The notes beneath the pieces were generated by a model. It ran no database searches and had not been told where the DNA came from. It saw only the letters and a program-made list of their open reading frames with translations. A stretch of DNA of 64,000 bases from Bryobacterales bacterium (GTDB lineage Bacteria; Acidobacteriota; Terriglobia; Bryobacterales; Bryobacteraceae), in NCBI GenBank assembly GCA_038322675.1, contig JBBQGE010000020.1, positions 18,020 to 82,019 on the forward strand, given 5' to 3'. A program made the position numbers and the translations under genes. Positions within the stretch are counted from its first letter, which is position 1. Every line of letters starts with the position of its first letter. Positions 21,194-31,092 of the stretch are shown piece by piece.

Positions 21194-22366
21194 TCAGACT
21201 GTGACGGCTTCCTTGGCGAGTGCGATTTCGGCGTAGACGTTCTGTACGGCGGCGACGCCGGTACCGAACTTCACCGGATGGCCGTTCGCGGCGAGGATGA
21301 TCTCGAGTTCCGCGATGACGCTGAACAGATCCGCAAAATCGAAGTAACCCAGGTGCGCGATGCGGAAGATTTGTCCTTTCATCGAGCCCTGGCCGTTGGC
21401 GATGATGGCGCCGAAGCGGTTGCGGAATTCCTTCACGATGACGCTCGAGTCCATGCCCTTGGGAGCGCGGACGGCGGTGACCGATGCCGCGGGAGAATCG
21501 GGCGAGAACAGTTCGAGGCCCAGTGCAGTTACAGCGGCGCGAGTGGCCCGCGCCAGTTGCTGCGCGTTGTCGATCAGCTTGTCCATGCCGAGGGTCTTGA
21601 TGTACTTCAGCGACTCGGCCAGCGCGAGCAGGAGAGAGGTGTTGGGCGTCCAACTGGATTCGCCGGTGGCCGCGTTCTTGCGTTCCTTCTTGAGATTGAA
21701 GTAGAAGCGCGGTAGCTTCGAGGTCTCGGCGAAGGCCCAGGCTTTGTCGCTGAGCGTGATGAAAGCAAGCCCCGGCGGAATCATGAACGCCTTCTGCGAT
21801 CCGCCGATCACCACATCGAGTCCCCAACCATCGATGTCCAGAGTCTGCGTGCCCATACCGGTGATCGCGTCGATCACAAAGATCGCATCCGTCTTCCGGA
21901 CGGCGGCGGCCATGGTTTGAATGTCGTGAGATGCGCCGGTGGACGTTTCCGATGCCTGTATGAACACGCCCCGCACGTCGGGGTTTTCCAAAAGCGCTTT
22001 TTCGACCCGGTCGGGCGTTACCACTTGCCCGTATTCGGCCGATAACACCACCGCATCCAATCCGTACGCCTTGGTGATTTCCACCCAACGCTCGCCGAAC
22101 TTACCAGCCGAGCAGACGATGACTTTGTCGCCCGCCGAGAAAAGATTCTGCACCGACGCTTCCATCGCTCCGGTTCCGGAGGCGACGAGTGTCAGAACAT
22201 CTTGGGAGGTGCCGAGCACTTCTTTGAGATCCGCGAGAACAGCGCGATAAAGATTGCGAAAGTCTTCGGTGCGGTGATGAATATCCGACCCCATCATGGC
22301 GTGCAGAGCCTTGGGATACAGGGGAGTCGGACCAGGGGTCAACAACCGTTGTTTCTTGATATGCAT
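21194..22366 (-). CDS. Class V aminotransferase (serine-pyruvate/phosphoserine aminotransferase-type), probably the serC-equivalent of a serine operon
   Basis: PLP-lysine context GGSQKAFM. Typical N-terminus LLTPGPTPLYPKAL. Lies directly upstream of serA on the same strand. Confidence 0.88.
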   Translation of the reverse strand: MHIKKQRLLTPGPTPLYPKALHAMMGSDIHHRTEDFRNLYRAVLADLKEVLGTSQDVLTLVASGTGAMEASVQNLFSAGDKVIVCSAGKFGERWVEITKAYGLDAVVLSAEYGQVVTPDRVEKALLENPDVRGVFIQASETSTGASHDIQTMAAAVRKTDAIFVIDAITGMGTQTLDIDGWGLDVVIGGSQKAFMIPPGLAFITLSDKAWAFAETSKLPRFYFNLKKERKNAATGESSWTPNTSLLLALAESLKYIKTLGMDKLIDNAQQLARATRAAVTALGLELFSPDSPAASVTAVRAPKGMDSSVIVKEFRNRFGAIIANGQGSMKGQIFRIAHLGYFDFADLFSVIAELEIILAANGHPVKFGTGVAAVQNVYAEIALAKEAVTV

Positions 22367-22401
22367 GGACTATCTCTAATTCCTTTAGAATAGCAGAGGC
22401 C

Positions 22402-22848
22402 ATGACTCTCCTCGATCGAATTCAAAAAGACATGGTGGACGCCATGAAGAGTAAGCAAGTGGCTCGTTTGAGTGCTCTGCGCATGATGAAGTCCGCCCTC
22501 AAGAAACACGAAATCGACAGCATGAAACCGTTAGACGAAGCGACGGAAATGCAGGTGTTGAACACACTGTTGAAGCAGCGCCGCGATTCCATCGAGATGT
22601 TTCGAAAGGGTGGCCGCGAGGAGTTGGCGCAAAAGGAAGAAGCCGAAGTGGTGCTGATTGAGAGCTATTTGCCGGCGGCTCCCACCGATGCGGAAGTAGA
22701 CGCGGCGGTAGATGCGGCCATCGCGGAGACGGGGGCGAGTTCGGCCAAGCAGATGGGGCTGGTGATGAAGGCCGCGCAGGCGAAGCTGGCAGGCAAGCGT
22801 GTAGATGGGAAGCAGTTGAGTGAGAAGGTGAAGGCGAAGCTCGCCTAA
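22402..22848 (+). CDS. GatB/YqeY domain-containing protein
   Basis: Full-length match to the YqeY pattern (LLDRIQKDMVDAMKSKQ..RLSALRMMKSALKK...ESYLP). Confidence 0.9.
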   Translation: MTLLDRIQKDMVDAMKSKQVARLSALRMMKSALKKHEIDSMKPLDEATEMQVLNTLLKQRRDSIEMFRKGGREELAQKEEAEVVLIESYLPAAPTDAEVDAAVDAAIAETGASSAKQMGLVMKAAQAKLAGKRVDGKQLSEKVKAKLA

Positions 22849-22852
22849 TCGG

Positions 22853-23768
22853 ATGAAGAACGTCGCCATCTTCGGAGCAGGGGGAGCCATCGGGCATTCG
22901 CTGGCCGCCGAACTCGACCGCCGCGGCATGCAGTACCGCACCGTTGGGCGTCATCGTGAACAACTCGCCGCCGAGTTTCCGAAATCCGATGCGGTGGCGG
23001 CGGACCTCGCGAATCCGGAGGCCGCCGAGTGGGCGGCAAGCGGAGTCGACACTATCTTCTACACCGTCGGCGTGCCGTATCCGCGGTTCGCGATGCATCC
23101 GGTGCTCGCGCGAAATGCGGTGAACGCAGCGGCGAAGGCCGGAGTCGCACGATTCGTGCTGGTGAGCAGCGTGTACAGCTACGGACGTCCGCAAACGCCG
23201 CGCGTCGCCGAATCGCACCCGCGGAAACCGGGCACGAAGAAGGGCGAATTTCGCCGGCAGCAGGAAGACGTCGTGATGGAGGCTCACCGCGAAGGCCGGA
23301 TTCAGGGGACCGTGGTGCATCTGCGACTTCTACGGCCCGCACGCGGACCTGAGTCTGGCGCAGACTCTGTTCGAATCGGCGCGCAAAGGGCAGACTGCGA
23401 ACTGGCTCGGCAATCCCGGCCTGCCGCACGAGTTCATCTATGTGCCGGATGCCGGGCCGGTGCTGCTGGATCTCACCGCGCGGGACGATGCGTTCGGCAA
23501 GCGATGGAACCTCGGCGGCGCGGGCACCATCACCGGTCGCGAGTTCATCACGCGAATCCACGAAGCCGCGGGGCGTCAGCCGAAGTTCCGTGCTGTGTCG
23601 AGGACGATGCTCCGGGTGCTCGACCTCTTCAATCCGATGATGCGGGAACTGGTGGAGCTTTCGTATCTCGCCGAGACGCCGGTGATCCTCGACGACACAA
23701 AACTCGAGCAGCTTCTTGGATGCCTCCGCAAGACCCCATACGAAACGGGCATCCGTAACACGTTATGA
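22853..23768 (+). pseudogene. NAD-dependent epimerase/dehydratase family gene interrupted by a frameshift near 23324
   Basis: The N-terminal part is in frame 2 (MKNVAIFGAGGAIGHSLA ... GTVVHL). From 23325 the sensible continuation DFYGPHADLSLAQTLFESARKGQTANWLGNPGLPHEFIYVPDAGPVLLDL...KTPYETGIRNTL* is in frame 0 and ends at 23768. Frame 2 beyond 23324 gives an Arg/Ala-rich nonsense peptide. The junction reads CAT CTG C|GAC TTC, which fits loss of 2 nt from a Pro codon. Confidence 0.75.
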
Positions 23769-23781
23769 TATTTTCGCACCC

Positions 23782-25827
23782 ATGAGCGATCCACAGGTTA
23801 CCCAACCACGCCACCGGCCCTACGTTCCCGAGAACATGAAGATGTCCGAGTTCACCGTGCGAGCGGTGCTGCTGGGGCTTGTGATGACCGTCGTGTTAGG
23901 CGCTGCGAATGCGTATCTCGGGCTTCGCGCGGGCATGACGATTGCGGCCACCTATCCGGCCGCAGTCATCGGAATGGCGTTCCTGCGATTGATGAAGGGA
24001 TCGATCCTCGAAGAGAACATGGCGAGGACCGTGGGCTCGATTGGCGAGTCGGTAGCAGCGGGAGCGGTATTCACGCTTCCCGCTTTTGTGATGGCGGGAA
24101 TATGGCCCGGACTCACTGGCGATAAATACTGGCAGTCCGTCGCACTGATGGTGATCGGCGGGACTCTCGGGATTTTGTTCGTGACACTGCTGCGGCGGGT
24201 CATGGTGGAGGATCCGGAACTACCGTTTCCGGAATCGGTGGCTGCATCGGAGATTCACAAGGCCGGACAGCAGGGCGCCCGGGCTGCCAAGATTCTGTTC
24301 GCGAACATGGGCTTTGGCGGGCTGCTGTACCTGCTAGGCGCGATCAACGTGTTCAACCCCAGCAAGATATTCAACATTGCCATCGGGCCGCTCGGCAAGA
24401 AACTGCTGCTGCGAACGAGTACGAATCCGAATATTGCCACCACGATGACGGGCGGCGCCACCATCTTTTCCGCCCCCGACGTCAGTCCTGCTTATCTCGG
24501 AGTCGGCTACATCATTGGTCCGCGGCTGGCGGCACTGAACTTCGCGGGGGGAGTGCTGGCCTGGGGCTTGTTGGTCCCACTACTCACCTTCACCGTAGGT
24601 CCATACTTGCAGGCGGGAATGCCGGCCGGCAGCACAACTTCGTGGGCACAGCTCGCGGGCGCCATCTACTTTTCGATCGTGCGACCAATTGCGGTCGGCG
24701 GGATGCTGGTGGGAGCCTCCTACACGTTGTTCAAGATGCGCAAACAGCTTGCCGTGGGGATGGCCCGCGCCGTTTCCGATTTGAAGAAATCCGCCGCAGG
24801 GCACGAGGTGGCAAATCGTACGGAGCGCGACCTGAGTTCGAAAATTGTCTTTGCGGGAGTCGGCGTGGTGGTACTGGCTATGATCGCACTGTACTACTTC
24901 TTCATCGCGGGCGCGGGAAATCTGTCGGTCACGACGATCGTTGTGGGTGCGGTGGTAGCGGCGTTAGTGATGACGGTGCTCGGCTTCTTCTTTGCGGCTG
25001 TTTCGGGAAACCTCGTGGGGATGATTGGCTCGTCGAACAACCCGGTATCGGGGCTGACCCTGTGCACGCTTGTAGTTGCCGCGCTGCTGATGGTGTCGCT
25101 GGGAGTTTCGGGCGCTGGGGGCATCGCAGCCGTGCTCGGCGTGGCGGCGGTGGTGTGCGTTTCGTCAGCGGTGGCCGGTGAGATGCTCCAGGATCTCAAG
25201 GTAGGACACATCCTGGGCGGCACTCCGGTTCGCATGCAGGTGGGCGACCTGATGGGCGTCGTCGTGGCCTCCCTGGTTCTGTTCTTCCCGCTGGCGATTC
25301 TCGACAAGGCCTATCACTTCGGTAGTTCGGCTCTGCCGGCACCGCAGGCTGGGCTCATGGCCATGCTGTCGAAAGGCATCGTGGGCGGAGATATGGCCTG
25401 GCCGCTGGTGATTGTCGGCATTCTGATGGGTTTCGCATTGATCATGGTGCAAGTGAAGAGCCCCATGCTTTTCTCGGTGGGAATGTACTTGCCGCTGGGA
25501 ACGACGTTCGCTATCTTCGTTGGTGGCCTTATCCGATGGGTGACCGACGAACTGCGCGACCGGCGCGGCCTCAACGACGCGCAGAAGGCGCGCGTGGACA
25601 ACGCGGGCGTGTTGACAGCATCTGGTCTGATCGCGGGTGAAGCTCTGTGCGGGCTTGTGATTGCCGCCCTGGTGGGTACCGGTCACGATGTGACGCTGGT
25701 AACGTGGTCGGCGCCCTTCATTGCGGCACTGGTCGCGCTTGCCGTCCTGGCGATTGTCATGATCCGGGTTCCGCTGGCGAATGCCGGGCGTCCAGAGGAT
25801 CCGGCGCCCCCGACCGCGATCATGTAA
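23782..25827 (+). CDS. OPT family oligopeptide transporter
   Basis: ATG 23782 (MSDPQVTQ); the ORF opens at 23716. About 16 TM segments. OPT-type N-terminus EFTVRAVLLGLVMTVVLGAANAYLGLRAGMTIAATYPAAV. Confidence 0.9.
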   Translation: MSDPQVTQPRHRPYVPENMKMSEFTVRAVLLGLVMTVVLGAANAYLGLRAGMTIAATYPAAVIGMAFLRLMKGSILEENMARTVGSIGESVAAGAVFTLPAFVMAGIWPGLTGDKYWQSVALMVIGGTLGILFVTLLRRVMVEDPELPFPESVAASEIHKAGQQGARAAKILFANMGFGGLLYLLGAINVFNPSKIFNIAIGPLGKKLLLRTSTNPNIATTMTGGATIFSAPDVSPAYLGVGYIIGPRLAALNFAGGVLAWGLLVPLLTFTVGPYLQAGMPAGSTTSWAQLAGAIYFSIVRPIAVGGMLVGASYTLFKMRKQLAVGMARAVSDLKKSAAGHEVANRTERDLSSKIVFAGVGVVVLAMIALYYFFIAGAGNLSVTTIVVGAVVAALVMTVLGFFFAAVSGNLVGMIGSSNNPVSGLTLCTLVVAALLMVSLGVSGAGGIAAVLGVAAVVCVSSAVAGEMLQDLKVGHILGGTPVRMQVGDLMGVVVASLVLFFPLAILDKAYHFGSSALPAPQAGLMAMLSKGIVGGDMAWPLVIVGILMGFALIMVQVKSPMLFSVGMYLPLGTTFAIFVGGLIRWVTDELRDRRGLNDAQKARVDNAGVLTASGLIAGEALCGLVIAALVGTGHDVTLVTWSAPFIAALVALAVLAIVMIRVPLANAGRPEDPAPPTAIM

Positions 25828-25899
25828 GCGCGTACGCGTGTTATCATGAAGGCTCTAAAGGAGTCTCCGAAGTACCTCATTTGAAGGCACTTACATCAC

Positions 25900-26568
25900 A
25901 TGCCACAAAGCCCTAACGTTGCTGCGCTAATCGATCACACGATCCTCAAGCCCGAAGCGACCGAAGAGGATGTCCGCCGCGTTTGCGCCGAGGCTCGAGA
26001 ACACGGTTTCGCCAGCGTCTGCGTGAATCCGTACTGGATCCCGCTGGTGGCGCGCGAGCTTCAAGGGTCTGACGTGAAGGTTTGCAGCGTTGCCGGATTC
26101 CCGTTGGGCGCGAATGCAACGCGCATCAAGGTGGCGGAGGCCGAAGCCGCCATCGCGGACGGCGCGCAGGAGATCGACATGGTGATCAACGTCGGCGAGT
26201 TATGTGGAGGCCACGACGATGCCGTGCTCGAGGACATTCGGGCGGTGGTGGAAGCAAGTCACCGAGCAGGCGCGATTGTGAAGGTGATCATCGAGACCTC
26301 CTTGCTGGACGACAACCTGAAGGTCACGGCTTGCTCACTCGCCAAGTCGGCGGGCGCGGATTTCGTCAAGACTTCCACCGGTTTTTCGAGCGGAGGCGCC
26401 ACCGTTCACGACATCGCGCTGATGCGGGATGTGGTAGGACCTTCGATGGGCGTAAAAGCATCAGGCGGGATTCGCACGCTGGACGATCTACTAGCAATGG
26501 CGGCGGCGGGCGCAACCCGTATCGGCGCCAGTGCCGGCGTTAAAATCCTCGAGGCGGCAAAGGCCTGA
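25900..26568 (+). CDS. deoC: Deoxyribose-phosphate aldolase
   Basis: [22 protein letters not shown], and Schiff-base Lys context FVKTSTGF. Confidence 0.92.
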   Translation: MPQSPNVAALIDHTILKPEATEEDVRRVCAEAREHGFASVCVNPYWIPLVARELQGSDVKVCSVAGFPLGANATRIKVAEAEAAIADGAQEIDMVINVGELCGGHDDAVLEDIRAVVEASHRAGAIVKVIIETSLLDDNLKVTACSLAKSAGADFVKTSTGFSSGGATVHDIALMRDVVGPSMGVKASGGIRTLDDLLAMAAAGATRIGASAGVKILEAAKA

Positions 26569-26573
26569 ACGAG

Positions 26574-28331
26574 ATGTCGCCACCAGAGCCGAGGCGCAAC
26601 TCGGTCCGCTTTCGCGAGCGTGCGGAACTGCTCGATTTCCTGCTGAATGTCGCCGATGTCACGGCGGAGACGCTCGACCTAGACCGGCTGCTCGCGAGTG
26701 TTGCGAACATCGTGAAAGAGGTAATTCCGAGCGATCTGTTCGCGATCCTGCTGTACAGCGAGAAGGCACACGGGCTGAAGATCCGTTATTCCATCGGCCA
26801 TCGCGACGAAGTAGTGCGCAGTCTGGTGATCCCGCTTGGTGAAGGAATCACCGGGGCCGCCGCGGCGACGCGCAGTCCCGTGATGGTGGAGGATGTACGC
26901 ACCGACCCGCGGTACATCAGCGCGCTCGATGCGGTACGGTCGGAACTCGCCGTGCCGATGATCGCGCGGGGGAAACTTGTCGGCGTCATCGATGCCCAGT
27001 GCACGCGCGTGCGTGCCTACACCGAGCATGATCGCGCCCTGCTGCGTCTGCTGGCGAGCCGCGTCGCGGTGTCGATCGACAATGCGCGGCTGTACCGGCG
27101 TGTCGAGCGGCAGAATCGCACGTTGCGAGTGCTGGCACATTTGTCGCAGGAGTTCAGTTCGATTCTCGATCTCGACGAGTTGCTGCGCAAGATTACGAAA
27201 ACCGTCCGCGCGCTGATCAACTACGACGCGTTCAGCATCATGCTGGTGGACCCGGAGCGAAAGCTGCTGCGGCACCGGTTCAGTGAACGGTACGACAAGC
27301 GCGTGGATCTGGACAATGTCCCGCTGGGCAAGGGCATCACCGGCGCGGCGGCGGAAGCGCGCGAGCCGATTCGCGTGAACGACACGTTAGCGGATCCTCG
27401 CTACATTGCCTCGCACCCGGAGATTCGATCGGAGGTTGCGGTGCCGCTGGTGGTGCAGGATCGCGTCGTCGGCGTGCTGGATGTGGAGAGCGAACGCATC
27501 GGCTACTTCACCGATGAGCACGTACGGATGCTCTCGCTGCTGGCGCCGCAGATCGCGAGTTCCGTGGAGAATGCGCGGCTGTATGAGGAACTGAACCAGC
27601 GCGAGCAGCGCATGGAGCAGGATCTGAAGGCCGCTCGAAAGCTGCAGAGCGTGCTGCTGCCGCGGCAGGCGCCGGAGATTCGAGGGCTCGAGATCGCGAT
27701 ACGGGGACGTGCGGCTCGCGAGATCACGGGCGATGTCTACGACTTCTTCGAGCAAGGGAACGAGTCGTCGGTGCTGGCCTTTGGCGACGTGAGCGGCAAA
27801 GGTGCGGCGGCGGCTTTGTATGGCGCGCTGGTAAGCGGCCTGCTGCGAATCCTGGCGCCGCGGCGGCGCGGTCCGGCGGCGCTGCTGAAATCGCTGAATG
27901 AGGCGCTGCTCGAGCGCAAGGTCGACGCGCAGTACGCAACGTTGTTGGTGCTGTTGTGGGAGCCGTCGAGCCGCAAGTTCACGATGGCCAACGCGGGCGC
28001 CGAACCACCGTTGGTCTGCCGTGGCGGGTCCATCATGAAGCCTCGCGTTGAGGGTGTTCCGATCGGCTTGCTCGACGAGCGCGATTACGACGAGGTGGTA
28101 TTCCAGGCCGAGTCCGGCGACCTGCTGCTGTTCTATTCCGATGGCGTCGAAGATCAGTTGAATCCGGCGGGCGAAGAGTTTGGACGCGGGCGCCTGGTGC
28201 GCGCGCTGAAGCGCGATTGCATAATGCGTCCGAAGGACTTGGTGGCATCGATCTTCGGCGAGCTCGACTCCTACATGGAGGGCGCGCCGATCACCGACGA
28301 CCAGAGCATTATCGCCGTGAGGTTGGATTGA
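26574..28331 (+). CDS. GAF-GAF-PP2C (SpoIIE family) serine phosphatase
   Basis: Two GAF domains (GEGITGAAAATRSPVMVEDV..., GKGITGAAAEAREPIRVNDT...) followed by PP2C/SpoIIE motifs (GDVYDFF, FGDVSGKGAAAALY, LLFYSDGVED). Confidence 0.88.
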   Translation: MSPPEPRRNSVRFRERAELLDFLLNVADVTAETLDLDRLLASVANIVKEVIPSDLFAILLYSEKAHGLKIRYSIGHRDEVVRSLVIPLGEGITGAAAATRSPVMVEDVRTDPRYISALDAVRSELAVPMIARGKLVGVIDAQCTRVRAYTEHDRALLRLLASRVAVSIDNARLYRRVERQNRTLRVLAHLSQEFSSILDLDELLRKITKTVRALINYDAFSIMLVDPERKLLRHRFSERYDKRVDLDNVPLGKGITGAAAEAREPIRVNDTLADPRYIASHPEIRSEVAVPLVVQDRVVGVLDVESERIGYFTDEHVRMLSLLAPQIASSVENARLYEELNQREQRMEQDLKAARKLQSVLLPRQAPEIRGLEIAIRGRAAREITGDVYDFFEQGNESSVLAFGDVSGKGAAAALYGALVSGLLRILAPRRRGPAALLKSLNEALLERKVDAQYATLLVLLWEPSSRKFTMANAGAEPPLVCRGGSIMKPRVEGVPIGLLDERDYDEVVFQAESGDLLLFYSDGVEDQLNPAGEEFGRGRLVRALKRDCIMRPKDLVASIFGELDSYMEGAPITDDQSIIAVRLD

Positions 28332-29575
28332 CGGATTTCGAGTACCGGCACGACCGGCTGTTCTGCGAAGATGTAGCGCTGGAAGATATTGCGCGCGACG
28401 CAGGGACGCCCTGCTATGTCTACTCGTCGCGCACGATTCTCGAACGATTCGCTGCGTACGACGAGGCGTTCGGAGGCATCCCGCATACCGTCTGCTACGC
28501 CGTGAAAGCCAACTCCAATCTTGCCCTGCTGAAGTTGCTGGCCGACGCGGGATGCGGATTCGATATCGTTTCGGGCGGCGAACTATTTCGCGTGCTGAAA
28601 GCGGGCGGCGACCCTCGCAAGGTCGTGTTCTCCGGCGTCGGCAAAGGGACCGGCGAAATCGAGTACGCGCTGGATCAGAACATTTTCAGCTTCAATTGTG
28701 AGTCCGAGCCGGAGTTGGAGTTGATCGATTCCATAGCTGGCCGCCGTGGTGTGTTTGCGCGCATTGCGATTCGCGTGAATCCCGACGTGGATGCCGTCAC
28801 GCATCCGTACATATCCACGGGCTTGCGCGAGCACAAATTCGGCATCGACATCTCCGAAGTGGAAGATGTTTATGCGCGAGCGATGTCGCTCCGGAATCTC
28901 TCGCTCGAGAGCGTGAGCTGTCACATCGGCTCGCAGTTGATGGACACGCGGCCTCTGCTGGAGGCGATCGGGAAGATGCTCGCGCTGGTGGACCGTCTTC
29001 GTAGCCGCGGACTTCCGATTGCGCATATCGATCTGGGCGGCGGACTCGGCGTTCCCTACCGGTGCGGCGAACAGCGTCCCGGGATTCACGAGTTCATCCG
29101 CGAGTTGCGGAGTATGCTGGCCGGGCGCGGACTGCACGCGATGGTGGAACCGGGCCGCTCCATCGTGGGCGAGGCCGGAGTCCTGCTGACTCGAGTGTTG
29201 TATCGCAAGCGAAACGCGAACAAGGAATTCGTGATCGTGGATGCCGCAATGAACGATCTGATTCGTCCGGCGCTGTACCAGTCGCATCACGAGATTGTGC
29301 CGCTGCTGCGCGAGGAGCGTGAATTGATCCGCGCGGATGTGGTGGGGCCGGTGTGCGAGACCGGCGATTTTCTTGCGCGCGATCGCGACATGCCGGATCT
29401 GCATGCAGGCGATCTGCTTGCGATATGCACCGCCGGCGCATACGGCTTCGTTCAGGCGTCGAACTACAACTCGCGCCCGCGCCCAGCGGAGGTGCTGGTG
29501 GAAGGAACGGGCTGGAGGATCATCCGCCGGCGCGAGAGCTACGAGGATCTCGTCCAGCCCGAGTTAGGGACTTAG
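28328..29575 (+). CDS. lysA: Diaminopimelate decarboxylase
   Basis: The start is probably TTG 28328, overlapping the upstream TGA (GGATTGACG); the ORF opens at 28217 inside the upstream gene. PLP-Lys context YAVKANSN, HIDLGGGLG, and VVGPVCETGD. Confidence 0.9.
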   Translation: MTDFEYRHDRLFCEDVALEDIARDAGTPCYVYSSRTILERFAAYDEAFGGIPHTVCYAVKANSNLALLKLLADAGCGFDIVSGGELFRVLKAGGDPRKVVFSGVGKGTGEIEYALDQNIFSFNCESEPELELIDSIAGRRGVFARIAIRVNPDVDAVTHPYISTGLREHKFGIDISEVEDVYARAMSLRNLSLESVSCHIGSQLMDTRPLLEAIGKMLALVDRLRSRGLPIAHIDLGGGLGVPYRCGEQRPGIHEFIRELRSMLAGRGLHAMVEPGRSIVGEAGVLLTRVLYRKRNANKEFVIVDAAMNDLIRPALYQSHHEIVPLLREERELIRADVVGPVCETGDFLARDRDMPDLHAGDLLAICTAGAYGFVQASNYNSRPRPAEVLVEGTGWRIIRRRESYEDLVQPELGT

Positions 29576-30885
29576 GGGCGCGATTGCGCCGGGTACCGGA
29601 TTACCGTGAAATTCCGGAGTATCACCGCGTCGGCCGATGCCGTCGCGAGCTGACCGGAAAAGTTGATCACCAGTTCGGAAGCCAGACTGTCCGATGCAGT
29701 TCCGATGCCCACCGTCAGCGCGCCTGTCGAATTCCAACTCTGCACCGACCACTGCGCGCCGTTCGCATAGACACCCGCATCGATGCGAGCCGCAATCGCG
29801 GAGTCGCCCGTTACGCCGTTGCGCGACAGCATCGTCGTGGCTCCCCACGCAGCCTGCAGCGTGTAGCCTGACGCAGTCCCCTGGTGCACGGCTTCGAATC
29901 GGAGTTCGAGACGATCGCCGGTCTGCAGCAGGTTCGCGGGAATGCGGCACGTGCCGAGACTCGTCAGCGTCGTCGTGTTCGTCGACGTGCCGGCGCTGCT
30001 GCAAATTACCTGCGGCGTGGCCATCGACGATAACGGATTCGTTGGATCGGCGTACCGGTAGGACGCCTGAATCAGGTCGCCCGACTGAGGCACGCTCGCA
30101 ACCAGGAAGTGAACCGTATTGCCGGTGAGCGTGTAATCCGAGTTCTGCTTCATGAGAATACCGTTGCGATAGAACGCGACACTCGCAGCAGGGCTCGGCG
30201 GATAATTCAACGTGAAATTCGTGTTCGTGCCATTGACGAGTCCGGCCGGGGTTTCGCTATCGACGAAGCCGGCATACGCTCCCGCACCACCACCGCCGCT
30301 GCCGCACGGTCCGGAGGTGCCGTCGACGTGGACGCAATCGCCGAGATTGCCTTGCGCCGCGTCGAGTTGTCCGGCGGAGTTGATGACGGCAGTCCTCGAA
30401 ATGTCGAAGGACACACCGCGCATCGGCCGCGCTGTCAGTTCGGTGGCAAGTCCCGCAACGTCGGAGATTTGCATCTGTGCCAATACCGGGGGCGGCCCGA
30501 CCACTACACCGCTGCCAACTCGCACATCGCGCAGACGGATAGGTGTGCTGCTGGGCAGAACGGCCCACGTCTCGGTGAACTGATAGCGTCCCTGACTCGC
30601 ATAGTTGACCGAGTAACTCGACCCGGCGGACGCGTTCGTCGTCGGAATCAGCTGAACTTTCAGGACGCCGTTCACCACGTTCACGGTGACGGCCTGCGTC
30701 GGAATCACCGAATCGTCACCGGCCTGAAAGTTCTCCCAGGTGATGGTGAGGGTCCCGTTGAATCGCGATCCGTCGGCCTTGTACAGGATGTCTTGAATGG
30801 TCGTGAGCGCCGGTGCGGCCGACACCACACCTCCCATCGCGATCATCGTCGCAACAGCGCGCCACCAGGTTCGAAAAGCACTCAT
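29572..30885 (-). CDS. Secreted hypothetical protein with phage-tail-fibre-like sequence features
   Basis: Signal peptide MSAFRTWWRAVATMIAMGGVVSAAPA. Beta-rich and Ser/Thr/Gly/Asn-rich. Segments such as ISDVAGLATELTAR and FYRNGILMKQNSDYTLTGNTVHF resemble tail-fibre/Ig-like repeats. No family can be assigned with certainty. Confidence 0.6.
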   Translation of the reverse strand: MSAFRTWWRAVATMIAMGGVVSAAPALTTIQDILYKADGSRFNGTLTITWENFQAGDDSVIPTQAVTVNVVNGVLKVQLIPTTNASAGSSYSVNYASQGRYQFTETWAVLPSSTPIRLRDVRVGSGVVVGPPPVLAQMQISDVAGLATELTARPMRGVSFDISRTAVINSAGQLDAAQGNLGDCVHVDGTSGPCGSGGGGAGAYAGFVDSETPAGLVNGTNTNFTLNYPPSPAASVAFYRNGILMKQNSDYTLTGNTVHFLVASVPQSGDLIQASYRYADPTNPLSSMATPQVICSSAGTSTNTTTLTSLGTCRIPANLLQTGDRLELRFEAVHQGTASGYTLQAAWGATTMLSRNGVTGDSAIAARIDAGVYANGAQWSVQSWNSTGALTVGIGTASDSLASELVINFSGQLATASADAVILRNFTVIRYPAQSRP

Positions 30886-31092
30886 TTGAAATGTCCACTC
30901 CCGACCTGAGAGTAGCTTGCGCCTCCGTACAACCGAGGGAGTCCAAAATCGCTGGCGTCGTCCGTAATCAATTGATCCGAATAGTCAAACTGGCCGCGGA
31001 AAAAATATTCGAAAAGTTGTGAATGGCCTCGCGGGGCAATGCGAAAAAGCGCTGTGATACAGTTGAGGGCAATCAGAGTTCGAGGTATGAAT

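Noticed and set aside
23318-23330. Programmed ribosomal frameshift in the epimerase gene
   Set aside because: The shift site (CAT CTG CGA CTT) has no X XXY YYZ slippery heptamer and no homopolymer run, and I see no stimulatory hairpin. A simple 2-nt deletion or a sequencing indel is more parsimonious.
29572-30885. Prophage or tailocin region suggested by the tail-fibre-like protein
   Set aside because: No integrase, terminase, capsid, baseplate, sheath or lysis genes occur within 10 kb on either side, and no att-like direct repeats or tRNA were seen. The neighbours are lysA and a DUF1080 protein.
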